From Tricharina praecox (taxonomy: Eukaryota): 64,000 nucleotides of DNA. The notes below the pieces were generated by a model that searched no databases, was not told where the DNA came from, and was given only the letters and a program-made list of their open reading frames with translations. This document shows positions 40,601-53,547 of the stretch, piece by piece. Made by a program: the position numbers and the translations under genes. The DNA lies in contig NW_026250418.1 in the NCBI RefSeq assembly GCF_024521635.1, forward strand, positions 372,001-436,000, written 5' to 3'. Every line of letters begins with the position of its first letter. Within the stretch, counting starts at the first letter, position 1.

Positions 40601-43600
40601 TGGGTGGGTGATCGGCACAGCGGCTCGAGGACCGGATTTACCGAGCGGCGAGTGTCACGAGTTCTACACTTCACCTCACTAGATACCGGTACTAGTAGGT
40701 GCACTACCTACACTACACTACACACGTACCTGTACCCAAGTTATCATGAGTATGATCATACAGCCAGCGAACCGGCGAACGTATTGGAACGCTCGAACTT
40801 CGACCAGTTGTTGTGTTGGGTACAGCAAGGAACGGTATGTATGGTACGGGTTCATGCGAGCTGATCCTCTGGCTGGGAGTCTCGTACTACGTACTCTACG
40901 TACCTTATACCGTACTTGAGTACTGGCGCGCCCATGAGTGATCGGTCAGTCGGTCGTGATCTAATCGGCCGTGACCATCGCCCCCGTCCGTCCGTCCGGC
41001 TGGCCGTGTTTGGCCGTCCAATCCGATTCAATCCAATACAACCGGGACAGCGCTCACGGGACCAGACGTCCATGTACCTATGATAGGTACGGTAGGCTCG
41101 ATATGTGTTATGTACCACCGCGGCGATGCTCAGGGGTTTCTTAACTAGAGTACTCGGGTGTAAGCTCACCTTCCCCCATACAACTTAGCGTTTTCCCCCA
41201 TACAACTTAGTCACAGCCCCTCACTCATTTCATTGTATCTGGATTAGTGCACTACTAATATAGACTAGTGCTTGTAATTCGTAATGGTGGTGAGGCACCA
41301 CTTATTGGCAGCTCCTGGTACACAGGTACATGCCCAACTTGACTGATGCTGATGATGCTGATGATTCTGATGATGACGGGATCAATTTCACCTGCCTGTC
41401 CGCCTGCCTCGACGTTGCGTTGCGCTGCGTTTCGTTTCGTTCCGTGCCGTTCCGTGCGCGTGTGTGTGTGTGCGACGACGGCGCTTACGGTTGCTCCCGG
41501 AGATGACGAAGGTTCAAGGGATCCCGCCCACTGGTCCTGAGTCTGGTTTGTCTGATGTACCGAGTTGTGGCTTACGTATGATATCCGGACGGCAACTACT
41601 CTAACTCTACATCAGCCCTTTGGTTGCAACTTATGTACTTGCTGGCAGCCGGCCGACCGGCCGGCAGAATACGGAGGAGTACTCCATAGTAGTATTGTCC
41701 GCAGTTACAGCGCGTGTAGGGAACGGCGCCTTTTCCACGATTTCCACGATCCCACGATCCCACGATTCCGCTGTCCACGATTCCCTCCCCGCAGCCCCGC
41801 TTCTCTTCTCGGAAGCAAACGTGAAACGCCCGCCCCGAAGCGGTTATATACACTACACCCGAGACGGATTGGGCGGGCGGGCAGGCTATGTACCTATGAT
41901 GTTCGCTTTCCTCCGGGGCCCAGGGGGCTGCTCAAGCTCAAGGTCGAGGTCGAGGAAAGCAGGCAAGCAGGCAGGGCTTGTCCTTGCACGTACGTACATA
42001 CAGCACAGCACATGTCTGTCCGTCCGTCCTGCCGTTCGTCGTGCTTAGTCGAGACTCGAGAGGTATGTAAGAAGTAATATGATACGGTACTCTAGTAGCA
42101 GTGCATGGTATGTACGAGTACAGCCAGGTCGGTTTTTTCTTCTTCTCCATATCATACTTGTTATGTAGAGTAGAGTAGAGTACCTGCCTTGGCTTGACTT
42201 GAATTGACTTCCGTTTGTTTGCCCGTTTGTTTCCCCACAATGCAATGCGATTCGCTTTTTGATTTTGGTTTTTTCGGTTGCCGCGGGCGCGGGCGCGCGC
42301 TCTCGCGCATGGCCAGTCCGGTTGGGAAAAAGAAATAAGAAATGGAAAAAAAAAAGAACTGATGCTTCAGGCATCAATCAATGCTCAAACAAGCAAGCAA
42401 GCAAGCTTAAAGCTCAAAGGCGCGATCTCGTCTCGTCCCGTTTCAGGGAGGGGGAGGGGGAGTGGGGGGGACGGGGGAGGACGAGCGACGTCGGAATGCG
42501 GAGAATCCCAACCCACATCCATCAGGGGACAGGACAGGACGGGACCGGACAGCAGAAGTCACTACCATGTAGACTCTAGGCGTCACACTCCCCCCCGCCC
42601 CGCCCCTTTGACGTCCGCGCGAGTAACAGTCAAGTCAAGTCAAGTCAAGTGAGGTGTCGATCATTCACCCCTCGGGGAGGAGGAGGAGCTCAGCTGAGTT
42701 GCCTGCCTGCCTGCCTGCCACTGCCAGCGAAGCATTGAGCGATGTCCACGTGCACGCACGCACTCATCTTTTTTTTCCCCTTCTTACCCCACGGGGTGGA
42801 GGGAGGAAGGAGCAGCGACGAATGATGCCGCGAGATAACAATAGAAAGTACTCTACTCTATGAGTCTATGTACTGTAACTATTGCATGTCATCATTGTCA
42901 TGTCGTTTTTACACAACGGAATGGAATAGAAACGAATCAACGAATGGATCAACGAATGAATGAATCAATGAATGAACGAACGAATGAACGAACGAATGAA
43001 CGAATGGATGAATCAATGTGAGAGGCGGGGTGAGTCGCAGCTCTCAACTCTCAAGCAGTAGTTACTCTACCTGGGTAGAGGTGAGGTGAGGTGAGGCAAG
43101 GCAAGGCATTGGTGATGGGATGGGATGGGATAGGTTGGTGAATCGTGATGAGTCCTCAGTCGTTCGGTCGCTTTTCTTGGTTACCTGATTGCTTTGCTTG
43201 CTTGCTTGCCTGGGTTACCTGACTGCTTGCGTGCTGCTTGCTTGCGGTCGATTGCGAATTTCCCTCCCTCGCTGCCTGCCTCCCTCCCGTCTTCGTCTTC
43301 TCTCCGGGAGGAAGAAATTTTTCCTTTCCTTTTCTTTTCTTTTCTTTTCCTCGCTCGCCGTTCCTTCTTTTCTTTTCGCGGCGAGACGTGATAGCCGTCT
43401 GAATATTATCTTCTCTTCTCTAGGTAGGTCCTCTAGGTACTCTACTCCTGCTCGTCCGGGAGAGGGGGAGGGGGGAGGGGGAAGGCAATCGCAAAAGGAA
43501 CTGCAGGACGTGGAGGAGCAGGACGTGGAGAAGGACGTGGAGGAGGAGTAGAGTAGGTAGGTGGAGGAGGAAGTATGAAGTAATAGTAATCCCTAGCTGC

Positions 43601-44430
43601 TGCTGCCGCTGCAAGTCCGTCCACGTCCCCTCCACGTCCTGGCTCCTCCACGTCCGCCGAATTCGACTCGACTGGACTCGAGCCCGTGGGGAACTGGGGC
43701 TTGCACCTGCCACCTACCACCTCGTTCATGGGGCTATTTTCAACCGCCTGCGGTGTATGTATGTATGTAGATCGCTGGAAATATGTAGTTGCTTGGGTTA
43801 GGTACGTTAGGTACCTGTATGTATGTACCTGTGCCTAACCTATACATATCATACGTGCGGACTACCCACATACTAGATATACACACATGCCTAGAGGTGG
43901 ACCTAAGCGAGTGACGGGATGCGACGCGACGCGACGCATTCACGATACGATCACAGGGTGGTGGTGGAGGTGGTGGTGAAGCAAAGCCACGCAAAGCAAA
44001 AACAAGGCGGCCTGGCTGGCTGGCTGGCGGGCGCGGGCTCATCACCTGTGCGAGTTGTGTGCGTGGTGTGTGCACTATGGGTGCGTGGTGTGATGGGGCG
44101 TTTGAACGTTTAGAGTACCTTGGCTGAGGCGTCACGAGTACTCTACCTTCAGTTCTTCTCCTCCTCCTCCTCCTCCTCCTCGAGTCCTTGGTAGGATCCC
44201 AATTCGATATCTAGATTCTAGATACATATCGCCGCAAACGGCCATCACATCACGGGGTGGGGAGGATGGTCCGGGGGTGTTCCGGAGGTGGCAGTGAGCA
44301 ATTGAGATAGAGTACCTACGGTACTCGCTAACTATCCCGGAACGGCGTGCACACTCGACGGTGGACAGGTGATACGAGTGTATGTGTGTACGGTGCCTTG
44401 TGGTCATCGTCGTGGTGGTGGTGGGTAGAG

Positions 44431-44490
<60 letters not shown>

Positions 44491-47400
44491 TTTCTTTCTT
44501 TCTTTCTTTTCGATCCACCCTCCTCCAGCTCCAGCTGGCGGAAGAACTAGAGTACTGCTTTCTGCTGCTGCTGCTGCTGCTTGCGATACTTCCTGCTGCC
44601 GTAGACTCGCTCTATCATACCTAGTAGGTACGATAGATAGCAGCTCAGCTCAGCTAAGAACTCTGACTCTCTAGATAACCGTTCTTTCTGCTGGGGGGTT
44701 CGTGCCGGAGAGGAAGGGGAAGGGGAAGGGGGGGCATACATATCGCTCTGGCCGACCCGACCCTACTCTACCGACCTATGTACCGATCACATGTCGAAAA
44801 AAATTCCGGTCCTGTCCTGTTGAACATACCGAAGAAGGCAGTCCGAAGAATTGCCTTCGCTTCGTAGATACCGGTATGTAAATAGCTGGTGGAGGGTGGA
44901 GGGCGGAGGGTGGAGGATTCACCACCAACTCCTCCACTCCACTCCACTCCCTCTAGAGTATCGGTAGCCCACGGTAGGGGATGGATGGAAAAACCTCCAA
45001 GCAAAAAAAAACTCCGCGAATTATGTAGAACCTATGATATGTATGCTGTATGTACGCTGTAGGTATGATGTATGTAAGCCTCCCCTTCCCTCCGGAGCGC
45101 CTCCTCCTGGTGTTGTATTTTACCCGGTGAGTTGAATTGAACCGGACGTTTCGAGGTCCCAACTACTGCCTGCCAGACAGGACAGGACAGACAGGACAGG
45201 ACAGAAACGACAGACAGAAAGACAACCATCTCGGAATGGCGTACCAAGATTTCCCTTCCCTTCCCTCCCTACTCCCCCCACCCGCCCGCGCCAAGGAGTA
45301 ATGGCTTCGAAGTTCGATGGGGGGGGGGATGTGGAGACCAAAGCACACACCACCACAGCACACACAGCACGCACACAGCACGCATCCGATCAGGTATTCT
45401 CGATGGATGGATGGATGGATGGATGGATGGATGGATGGACTTGTGGTTGGAGGACTCGACTAGAGTAGAGTAACTAAACGGACGGAGGAAAAAAAAGCAG
45501 GAAAAAAAAAAGAAACGGGAAGAAGCCGAAGAAGAAAGAAGGAAAGAAAAGAAAAAGAAAAGAAAAAGCCAGGCAGACAGACACGAGATGCGAAAGTGGT
45601 GAAGAAGAGGATTGAGAGGATAGAGTGCCTTTTTGGTTTGATTTGGTTTGGTTTGGGGCTTGTTTGCTTTCCTTTCCCTTCCTTTCCCTTTCCCGGGGAA
45701 ACTGGCAGGGCGCCCGGCCGGCTGGCTGGCTGGCTGGCATGGTGTGGAGTTTCTTCTTCTTCTTCTTTTTTTTTGTTTCTTTCTTTCTTTCTTTTACGGT
45801 GCTCTGTGAGGTTTGCTCTCGCTCTTATTATCCACGACATCTTTGGAATGTCGCGCGGGATTATTTTATTATTTTCTTTTCTTTCTTTCCCACTTGCGTT
45901 CAATCAAAGCAGCTTGACGAACGGACGCGAGCGAACGAGCGGGAAACAATTGGGGGACGGGGAGTCGTGGACGGGGGAAGGATAAGACAAGACAAGGGCA
46001 GAGCAGGGAGAGACCGGCCGCCGCCGTCGAGTAGAGTAGAGGTTGAGTAAGTACCGGTATGTAACAACAACGGCGACAGCAGACAGCAAGAGAGAGAGAG
46101 AGAGGCCTCGTGACGGTTCCCATGACAGGAGCACTGCCGCCGTAACCTTCCTCCCTACCCTACCTACTGCTGCTGGTACGTACCTGTTGCTCACCAAGCG
46201 ACCTTTGTTTCGTTCGCTGGCAGTGAGCGGACGGGGAGCCGGAGGGAGGGAGAGAGAGAGAGGGAGGGAAGGAAGGAACGAAGTCCGGAGGAGGAGGTCA
46301 TAGTCACGGTCATAGGTGGAGGCAAGTAGAGTAGAGTACATACCTCATACACACACACACATACAGCATTTGGAGATGTGGGTGGGGCAATGGGAAAATG
46401 AACGTGGCGGGTGGGATTTACATTCGCTCTACACACCGGTACCAAGGTACATAGCACTGTACAGTACGTTTGGTTCCTATCGGCCCCCTCAAGTTCTTTA
46501 GCAGTTTGTTACATGGTAGCAGGCAAAAACGGGTTCTCATCCGTTTGAGGGGTGGCCATCGTGGCCACGATGGAAACAGTCAGCATCTCGCGGCGCCATC
46601 ACCAGCATCACCAGTATCACCAGCATCACCAGTATCACCAGTATCACCAGTATCACCAGTATCACCAGCATCACCAGCATCACCAGTATCATCAGCATCA
46701 TCATCAGGCTCATCGAATACATACGTTGGCCATCCGTCCGGAGGCAGGAGGCATGGACTGCATGAAGCATGGCAAGAACGGTATGTACATCGTAGCAAGC
46801 TTCTCAGCAGAGCATAAGAAGTGAATCCAACCATGTGCTACCTATAGCAAATCATAGCAGAGCAGAGCAAGCAAAGCAAATCGCAAATCGCAAATCGAGA
46901 TAGCCAAAGCAAAAAAGAAAGCATGGTGTGCGGTGCGTGAGTTGAGTGAGTGCGTGTGGTGCGTGAGTGCGACGAGGAGCCCCCCACCCGATGGGCCACC
47001 TACATACCTGCCAGCCATAACCAGCCAGCCAGCTGCCAGCCAGCGAACTCTGAAGGAACTCACGGGCTCTCTTTTCGTCTTTCTTCTTTTTTTTTGTAGG
47101 TAACAGGATCTAAATTCGGTTCGCACCTGGTAATTGCCCGAACGGGCCCACTCCACTGGACAGTACGGCAACAAGTCAGGTTCTACTTCAGTCCGTGGTG
47201 GGTTGCGATTGCCCTGCCCTGTCTTGTCCTGCCCTGTCCTGTCCTGTCCTGTCTTGTCCTGTCTTGTCCTGTCCTGTCCATCCATATCTCACGTTTTTCC
47301 TTCTTTTTTTATTTATCGGTGGCCAGACAGCCAGCCCGCCCAGCAGGCCAAAAGCGAAGCAAGCGGAGCAGAGCACGCACACACGCACGCCTCAACTAAC

Positions 47401-47500
47401 ACCTAACCCCCCCCGATTACCCATGGCCACCCACCGCCCCCCTCCCCACCCGGGGCCACACCCCCCCGTCCCCCCGTCCCCCCCCCCCCAATCTCCCGGG
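27900..47500. repeat. ~20-kb gene-free tract saturated with microsatellites
   Basis: Examples: (CATC)n 28742-28781, (GT)n 30900-30930, (GGT)n 36935-36978, (TTCC)n 39910-39975, (TTTC)n 44432-44510, (GATG)n 45402-45438, (ATCACCAGY)n 46598-46705, (GTCCT)n 47220-47278. ORFs here are low-complexity artefacts. Confidence 0.85.
38844..39308. mobile_element. 465-bp MITE with TA target duplication and ~55-bp TIRs, related to the 1082/51838 family
   Basis: Left AAGTACCCTGACAAAAAGGACTGGACAAAGCCCGTTTTACACCAAAAATG; right (reverse complement) CAGTACTAGGACAAAAAGGATTGGACAGTGTCCGCTTTACACCAAAAATG. TA at 38842-43 and 39309-10. AT-rich island in the desert. Confidence 0.88.
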
Positions 47501-48173
47501 TGGTACGCTAGAAAAGAAGACTTGCCGGCATGAAGGTGGTGGACATCTAGAAGTCGTCGTCCAAAAGACAAAGCCTATAACCCTTCACCCGCCCGCTCCC
47601 ACATAACTACCCATTCCCTCGGTTTCTCCACTTCTCCCTAACGTTGATTCTGCGTCTATTTACATATACCTCCCACCCCCCCGCCTACCTCCACCACCAC
47701 AACCATCAACCATCTTCAACTACTACAACTGTTCCGAATCTATATACCCGGTCACCAGTCCTCCTTCACTTCAGGATCTACACCCACCACTACTCCTTCC
47801 GACTTTATATACCGTATACATCTCCGCCAACAGGACCGCCAACAGGACCGCCGCCACTGACCAGAAAACCATCGACATCACTCGCACGCAAACTCCTACC
47901 CGAGAATCGATCGAATCGAAAAAAAAGAGCGAGAAAAAAAAGAAAAAGACCCCACCCGTCTCATCTACTCCCCACACCCGCTCACCCCCGCAAACCATCC
48001 TCGAAAGCTTTTCCAAGGGGTTTTCATCCTCGAATCTCAGCATACAAAGCCGTTGGATTTCCCGCGGCACCGATAACATCAACAATCTTAGTCCTCCACC
48101 ACCCGCTTCCCTGCCACCACCACCACCTCGTTCGCGCTCCCGCAAGTGATCGATCTCATACATACACCTCAAG

Positions 48174-49824
48174 ATGCCTTCGCGGCTAAATAGCCCTATT
48201 CTCGCCGTCGATATGAACCGTGTCGCCGGTGTCGACCCTAGTAATGTGGATAATCTCTACAGCATGTGGACCAGTTAGTAGGCACCTATCCAAAAAGAAC
48301 GAAGAAAGAGAAAAAAGAATGAAAGAATGAAAAAAGCATCGTCAATCCAGTTTCGATCAGGAGGCTAACCATCGGATCGATAAAGTCTTTTCAAAATGCG
48401 CCGAGTCACTTGAGAACGGCCGTCGGCTAGAAAACTTGAGCTGGAGGCTATGGAATCGGGAAACTTTCTGCTGCGACAATGGCATCCCGGCTACTGTCGT
48501 TGCCTCCACCACCACTACCAACACAACCACACCGCCAGCGACGACAATACCGATAAGGAAACCGAGGCGTCAGGAGGAGCCTTTAGACATGCCAGAGCTT
48601 TCCTCGAGCGTGGTGTCAGCACCATCGGACGACGAACTGCCGGAACAGCGATCGGGAGCAGTCGGGATCAAACGCCCTTGTCTGACCAGGAGCGATTCCA
48701 GCCGAGGCAGAGAAAAGCACATGACTCCGGTCCACCTGGCTAAGATCATGGAGGATATGAGCCACAGCAAATCCGCGGCCGAGGAGTGGAAGGCTCAATG
48801 CGCGCGCATGCGACGGAAAGCATCTTCCATGCCCACTGAGCGTGTACCCGCTGCGATGGCCGCGTTGTCCAAGAGCTGCGATGATGGTACGGAAGCGAAG
48901 AGCACCCACAGCGTCGTTCGTGGTTTCTCGCCCAGCCGGGTGTCCTCGTCGTATCGATCATCGGCGAACCTCGCTGCTGCCGCCTCCTCGAAGGTAGTCG
49001 TCGCCCCGTTGCCAGCGAAGATCGCTACTCCCGCACCGAAACCAGTACCGGCACAAGCACCAGCACCGTCGACACAGAAGAAGAAGCAGCCCGTTTTCTT
49101 CTTCGCTTCGTCTCCTTCGTCCGACGGCAGCCCAGATGAGTCTTACTGTTCGTACAGGCAGCCGAACGACAAGAAGACATCCTTCATGGACGAAGTTGCA
49201 ACTCGAACCCTCTACGACGATGATGATTCGGATGACGACGAGGTTTCTGAGAGCGCCATCGACGATGACGACCTCGAATGGGAATCCTCGTCCGAGAGTG
49301 GCTCATCCAGCTACGACGACAACTCGATGTTCAAGCGTGTCGAAAGTCGGCCCAATCTGATCGCGTCCCGCCGATCTCTCCTGTCCACGATGCTCCACGA
49401 GCCCGAGCGTGCCGCGCATCTCGCCAGCGTAGCCTCGAAGTCGACTCCCGCCCTCCGTCGATGCAATTCGCCCCGTGAGCCCCCGCTCGGTACGCCCGCC
49501 TCCAGGGAAGACGAGGTTCCGGGCTCGAAGCCCATCCGCCGCATCAACACGGCGCTTCATCCGCTCGCCTTGTCCCCGCGAACCACCCGGCGCAACATGC
49601 TCGCTACCGAGCTCACCGAGTCGCTGCGCAAGCATCTCCTGTGGGAGAGGCAGCAGAAGAACACGACCGCCTCGGCTCATCTCAAGCGGAGATACACCGC
49701 CGCCGATGTCACCAAGCTGGCCGATTACCCACAGCCTCGCGGTAAAGGGTGCACTTCCAAGAACAACTCTTGGAACAACCCCTTCGACGAGACCCAATAC
49801 GAATACCACGCGGCCGGGTGGTAG
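48174..49824 (+). CDS. DUF1752 (AreA/Mks1-like N-terminal motif) + DUF3295 domain protein, putative nutrient/stress regulator
   Basis: MPSRLNSPIL...NLYSMWT-(intron 48274-48385, GTTAGT..CTAAC..AAG)-IFSKCAESLENGRRLENLSWRLWNRETFC. C-terminal ESAIDDDD..WE, FKRVESRPNL.SRRSLLS, SPRTTRRNMLATELTESLRKHLLWERQ, YHAAGW*. Confidence 0.9.
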
Positions 49825-51837
49825 AGTTATAAAAAGAGGAGTGGGGGGATTGTACAAATGAGCGTTTTTTCTTCTTTTCGTTTTCTTTTTTTCTCTCAGC
49901 TTCAGTACATAAGGGTTCGGTTTTTCTTTTCTTTCCTTTTTTTGTGTATCAGTGGGGGCGGATGGTGTTTTTGTGTTTTCTGTCTAATATCTTGGGGCGG
50001 GGTGTATACTCTGCATTCGGCGTCGTATGGGGTTTGGCATTCTGTTAATTGTTCACACCGGGAGATGGCGCGAGCCATCATATATCTGCCTTTTTTTGTC
50101 CGTCTACTCTTCAAAAACCTCCTTTTTATTTTTTGTATGGAGTTTATACCAGTTTGGTCGGCAAAGGTGGGGAGGAGTCTAAAATTCATAGTGTATTGTA
50201 CGTTACTTGGTTGAGAGGGAGGATGAATGGATGTGGGCGGGTTGGCCACTGTATCTAGTACTTGGGAGATGAGAGCTGGAGGTGGAGGTGGTGGAGAGTA
50301 CGGAATATGAAGATGATACAAAACAAACTCACGCTTGCTTGCGTTCCCACGATCCTTCACGATGCCATGTATGATACGGTACTTGTAACTACTGCACATG
50401 CACGAGCGTTTTCTGCCCCACCCAACCCAACCCAACTCTGTTGCTTGCTGTTCCTTTTCGCCTATGACCTACCTTACCCATGCCCATGCCCACCCATCGT
50501 GAGATTGAACTCTGGCCTGCATGATATGTCGTTAGTTACCTAGGTGGGTAGTTAGCCACGTGCGTGCAGTGACGATCTATGTACTATACATACATGTGGT
50601 GCTGCGTGGGAGGGATTGTGGAGGGATTGTATGTAGCAGGGTACGAGTAACGAGAATGCGGAGGAGGGAGGGGGATATCGTCATTCTTCCCCAGAATCCA
50701 AATGCTATGGTTTTCGACATCGGCACTTACATACATACGGGTTTGCGGGGAGTGGGGAGTGGGACGTGACGGGGTGGGACGGGGAAATCCGTCTTGATCG
50801 GAGTGGATGGGCGAGACGGATGGATGGGTGGGTGGTACATAGGGTGGTGGTTTCTGGATTATTTCCTACAATAAGATACATCATGATCTGCGCAGAGCAT
50901 GAAGAGTGTGGATTCATGGTTCCTTTTTGGGGCGGTTGGGTAACGTTGGGTGGGGACTCGGGATTGACATTGGCAGTGATCGCCATCCACTCACCCACCC
51001 ACTACCGACCACCCACCACCCGGAGGAGAGAAGGCAGAAGGGCAGAAGGGCAGAAGGGCAGAAGGGCAGAAGATAAGTCGCGTGCTTGGGAGATGTGTAG
51101 ATCATGACGAACATGTATCTACATAAACCACGGTTTGATAGGATATCCGGGTACCGTACCTACCTCATGCCCAGATACCGTGAGGGATATATCGATTTCG
51201 TCCCCTTCCCTTCCCTTCCCTTCACTTCCGCTCCGCCGTACCCCGACTGCACGTTCCGCCCTAGGGCTCGTGCGAGATCGCGAGATTTCGCGAGATTTCG
51301 AGGGGATTGCCGAGCTTGGGATGGGGATGAGACGGTATCGGGATCGGCGGTGCGGCGCCAGGGCCGGGGCTGGAGCCGGGGCCCTGTGGGGAACTCAATG
51401 GTGTGGGGAAGGAGCAGGATGAGGAGGGAGGGGGAGGAAGGGGGGGGATGGGGAGGAGCCGAGTGCTGATCTAAGATATCAATCCCACGGTAAACCGTAA
51501 GATGTTGTGACTTCCGGGGTTGGAGCCAGCACCCGCACCCGGGCTCGGCTTCGGCTTCGGGGTGGGATCGGATGGGCGTCGGGCGGGGGGCAGGGGGGTG
51601 AGCAAGAGCAGGAGGAGGCGAGTGATGCACAAAGAGCTTGCTCGGACCTGGCCCCTGGGCTCAGTGGGCTCAGTGGGCTGATGATGATGCGAGATCGGCT
51701 TCTAGTAAGCTTCTATGTAGTTCTAGGATTGTCGTATGGCGTCAGGGCTCACGAGCCACGAGCCACAAGGGATAGTGTGAGGTTTCGCAAGCAGGTTCGA
51801 AGACTTTGCTCTCTACTCTACTCTACTCTACTATGTA

Positions 51838-52482
51838 AAGTACTAGGTCAAAAGTTAACGCCAGGGGGCCGTTTTACACCAAAAATGGCCACTTTCACAC
51901 GACTAAAACTCATCCTTCCTCTGACAGAAAAATATTGTGTCTTTCACAGACGCCGTGAAATCATAAGCCCTCTCATATATGAAAAAAATTTGACCGCTTT
52001 TAGTCAAGATTGATGGTTTTTAGTGGTGATTTGCACATGACTTAAAAAGTGATTTCGCATCTTGTATGGGGCTCCCACACAAAAAGTTGCACGACAACCA
52101 GCGAAAACCATAAATTTTTCTCCTGAGCCGCATTGCTCAACCACAACTGCTTACATTTGCGAGCCAGTTTCTTATACGGTCACCTAAGTAGTTAACAAGG
52201 ACTTCCAATTGCCCAATATTTTTTACAGTGTGTTTGGGACGCAGAATCTGTGGTTGAAAATGGATAGCCTGGAGACAATGGGACTTGGGTTAGCCGCATA
52301 ACTTCGCATAAAATATTGATTTCTTTTGGCTGGAAATTTTGTCGAAGCTGAATATGTATCTAATCATCCTGTGTACAAATTTGTATTACTTTCTATTGTG
52401 TGGTTGTGGTGTTCGAGAGGTTTAGATGTGTGGTGTGGTGGTCTTGTAGGGGCGAGTGGCGATAACTTTTGACCTGGTACTT
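51838..52482. mobile_element. MITE copy 2 (same family and orientation as 1082-1725)
   Basis: Near-identical along its length to 1082-1725. TIRs AAGTACTAGGTCAAAAGTTAACGCCA / TGGCGATAACTTTTGACCTGGTACTT. TA at 51836-37 and 52483-84. Confidence 0.92.
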
Positions 52483-53547
52483 TAGGTGTGTACTACTATG
52501 TACGATGGCTCAACCGTCTTGGAAGTTGGAATCACAGTTACAGCCCATCCATCACTGTGGACCCACGACCCACGCGGAAAGGTATTGGGTACTCGTGGAT
52601 GATTGATTTGCGCAGCGAGAGCTGGGAGGTTGGGACTTGTGTGGACGACGTAACCGTGGAGGATACCTACACAAAGTGAGAGTGAGTATCGACGAGAGCA
52701 AAACCAAGCAACTGACTGAGAATGTCGAGTGGACTAACTCATCTAGTCTGGAGCCTGGCAAAGGTACATATTGTGATCTGATTTCCCAGCCCTCTCTGCT
52801 TGATCTCATGGTGGGTTCCGGCTTCATCTACTTCGAGTCTTCAACCCCCTTTTCCTTGCTTTGGAATTGCTACACTCACTGGTGTCGTTCAGTGGTGGAG
52901 GTGGGGGATTTCGATTCGATGGTGTTCCTACATTGGCGCTCATATGGTATCGTAAGCACTAACTAGCAGAGCGCGGTTGCCAACGTCTAGAGAGTCAACC
53001 AACTGAAATTCATCCTCAGTATCCGTAGAATAAACCTGATGTCTTACGGAAGAGATGACGAGTATTGAAAATGGTGGATTGCATGACAGTGTAGCTGCCT
53101 GGGGACGTAGGGCAACAGACAGCAATCTCTTCATATGGGGAAGAAGAGGAACACGAGTAAGTAGTGCGTAATAAAACCACCGGATATGTAGACCATGAAC
53201 GAACCACGTTATACGGGCTTGTATACTGAAGTCCAAGAGGTTAGTATATTTTCTGGACGCTTCGAGAACCTACGATGGATGGTCGAAGCTGACTGAGATG
53301 GGTAGACCCCAGCACAAGCCATCACTCGCCTGCTCAAACTTCCAGTAAATTCCCAAGCCTTCGCTACTTTCACCTCCCTCCTCAATCAGAGTTTGCCCTA
53401 GAAACCGTCTTTCTACTCGCTTTCCTCAACAACCTCGCTGTGTTCTAGCCCTAATCAAGTACGACTAGTAATGAACCACGGTGCTCAACCCCTCCACGCC
53501 CTCGACTTCAACTTCACCGCAACCAACTCAGCATCAACATCGACACT

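Noticed and set aside
46598..46705. Regular 9-bp array (possible CRISPR-like or His-rich peptide)
   Set aside because: Simple tandem minisatellite without spacers in a eukaryotic context.
52490..53300. Coding-like minus-strand fragments
   Set aside because: Interrupted by stops and no family recognised; possibly a gene relic but unsupported.
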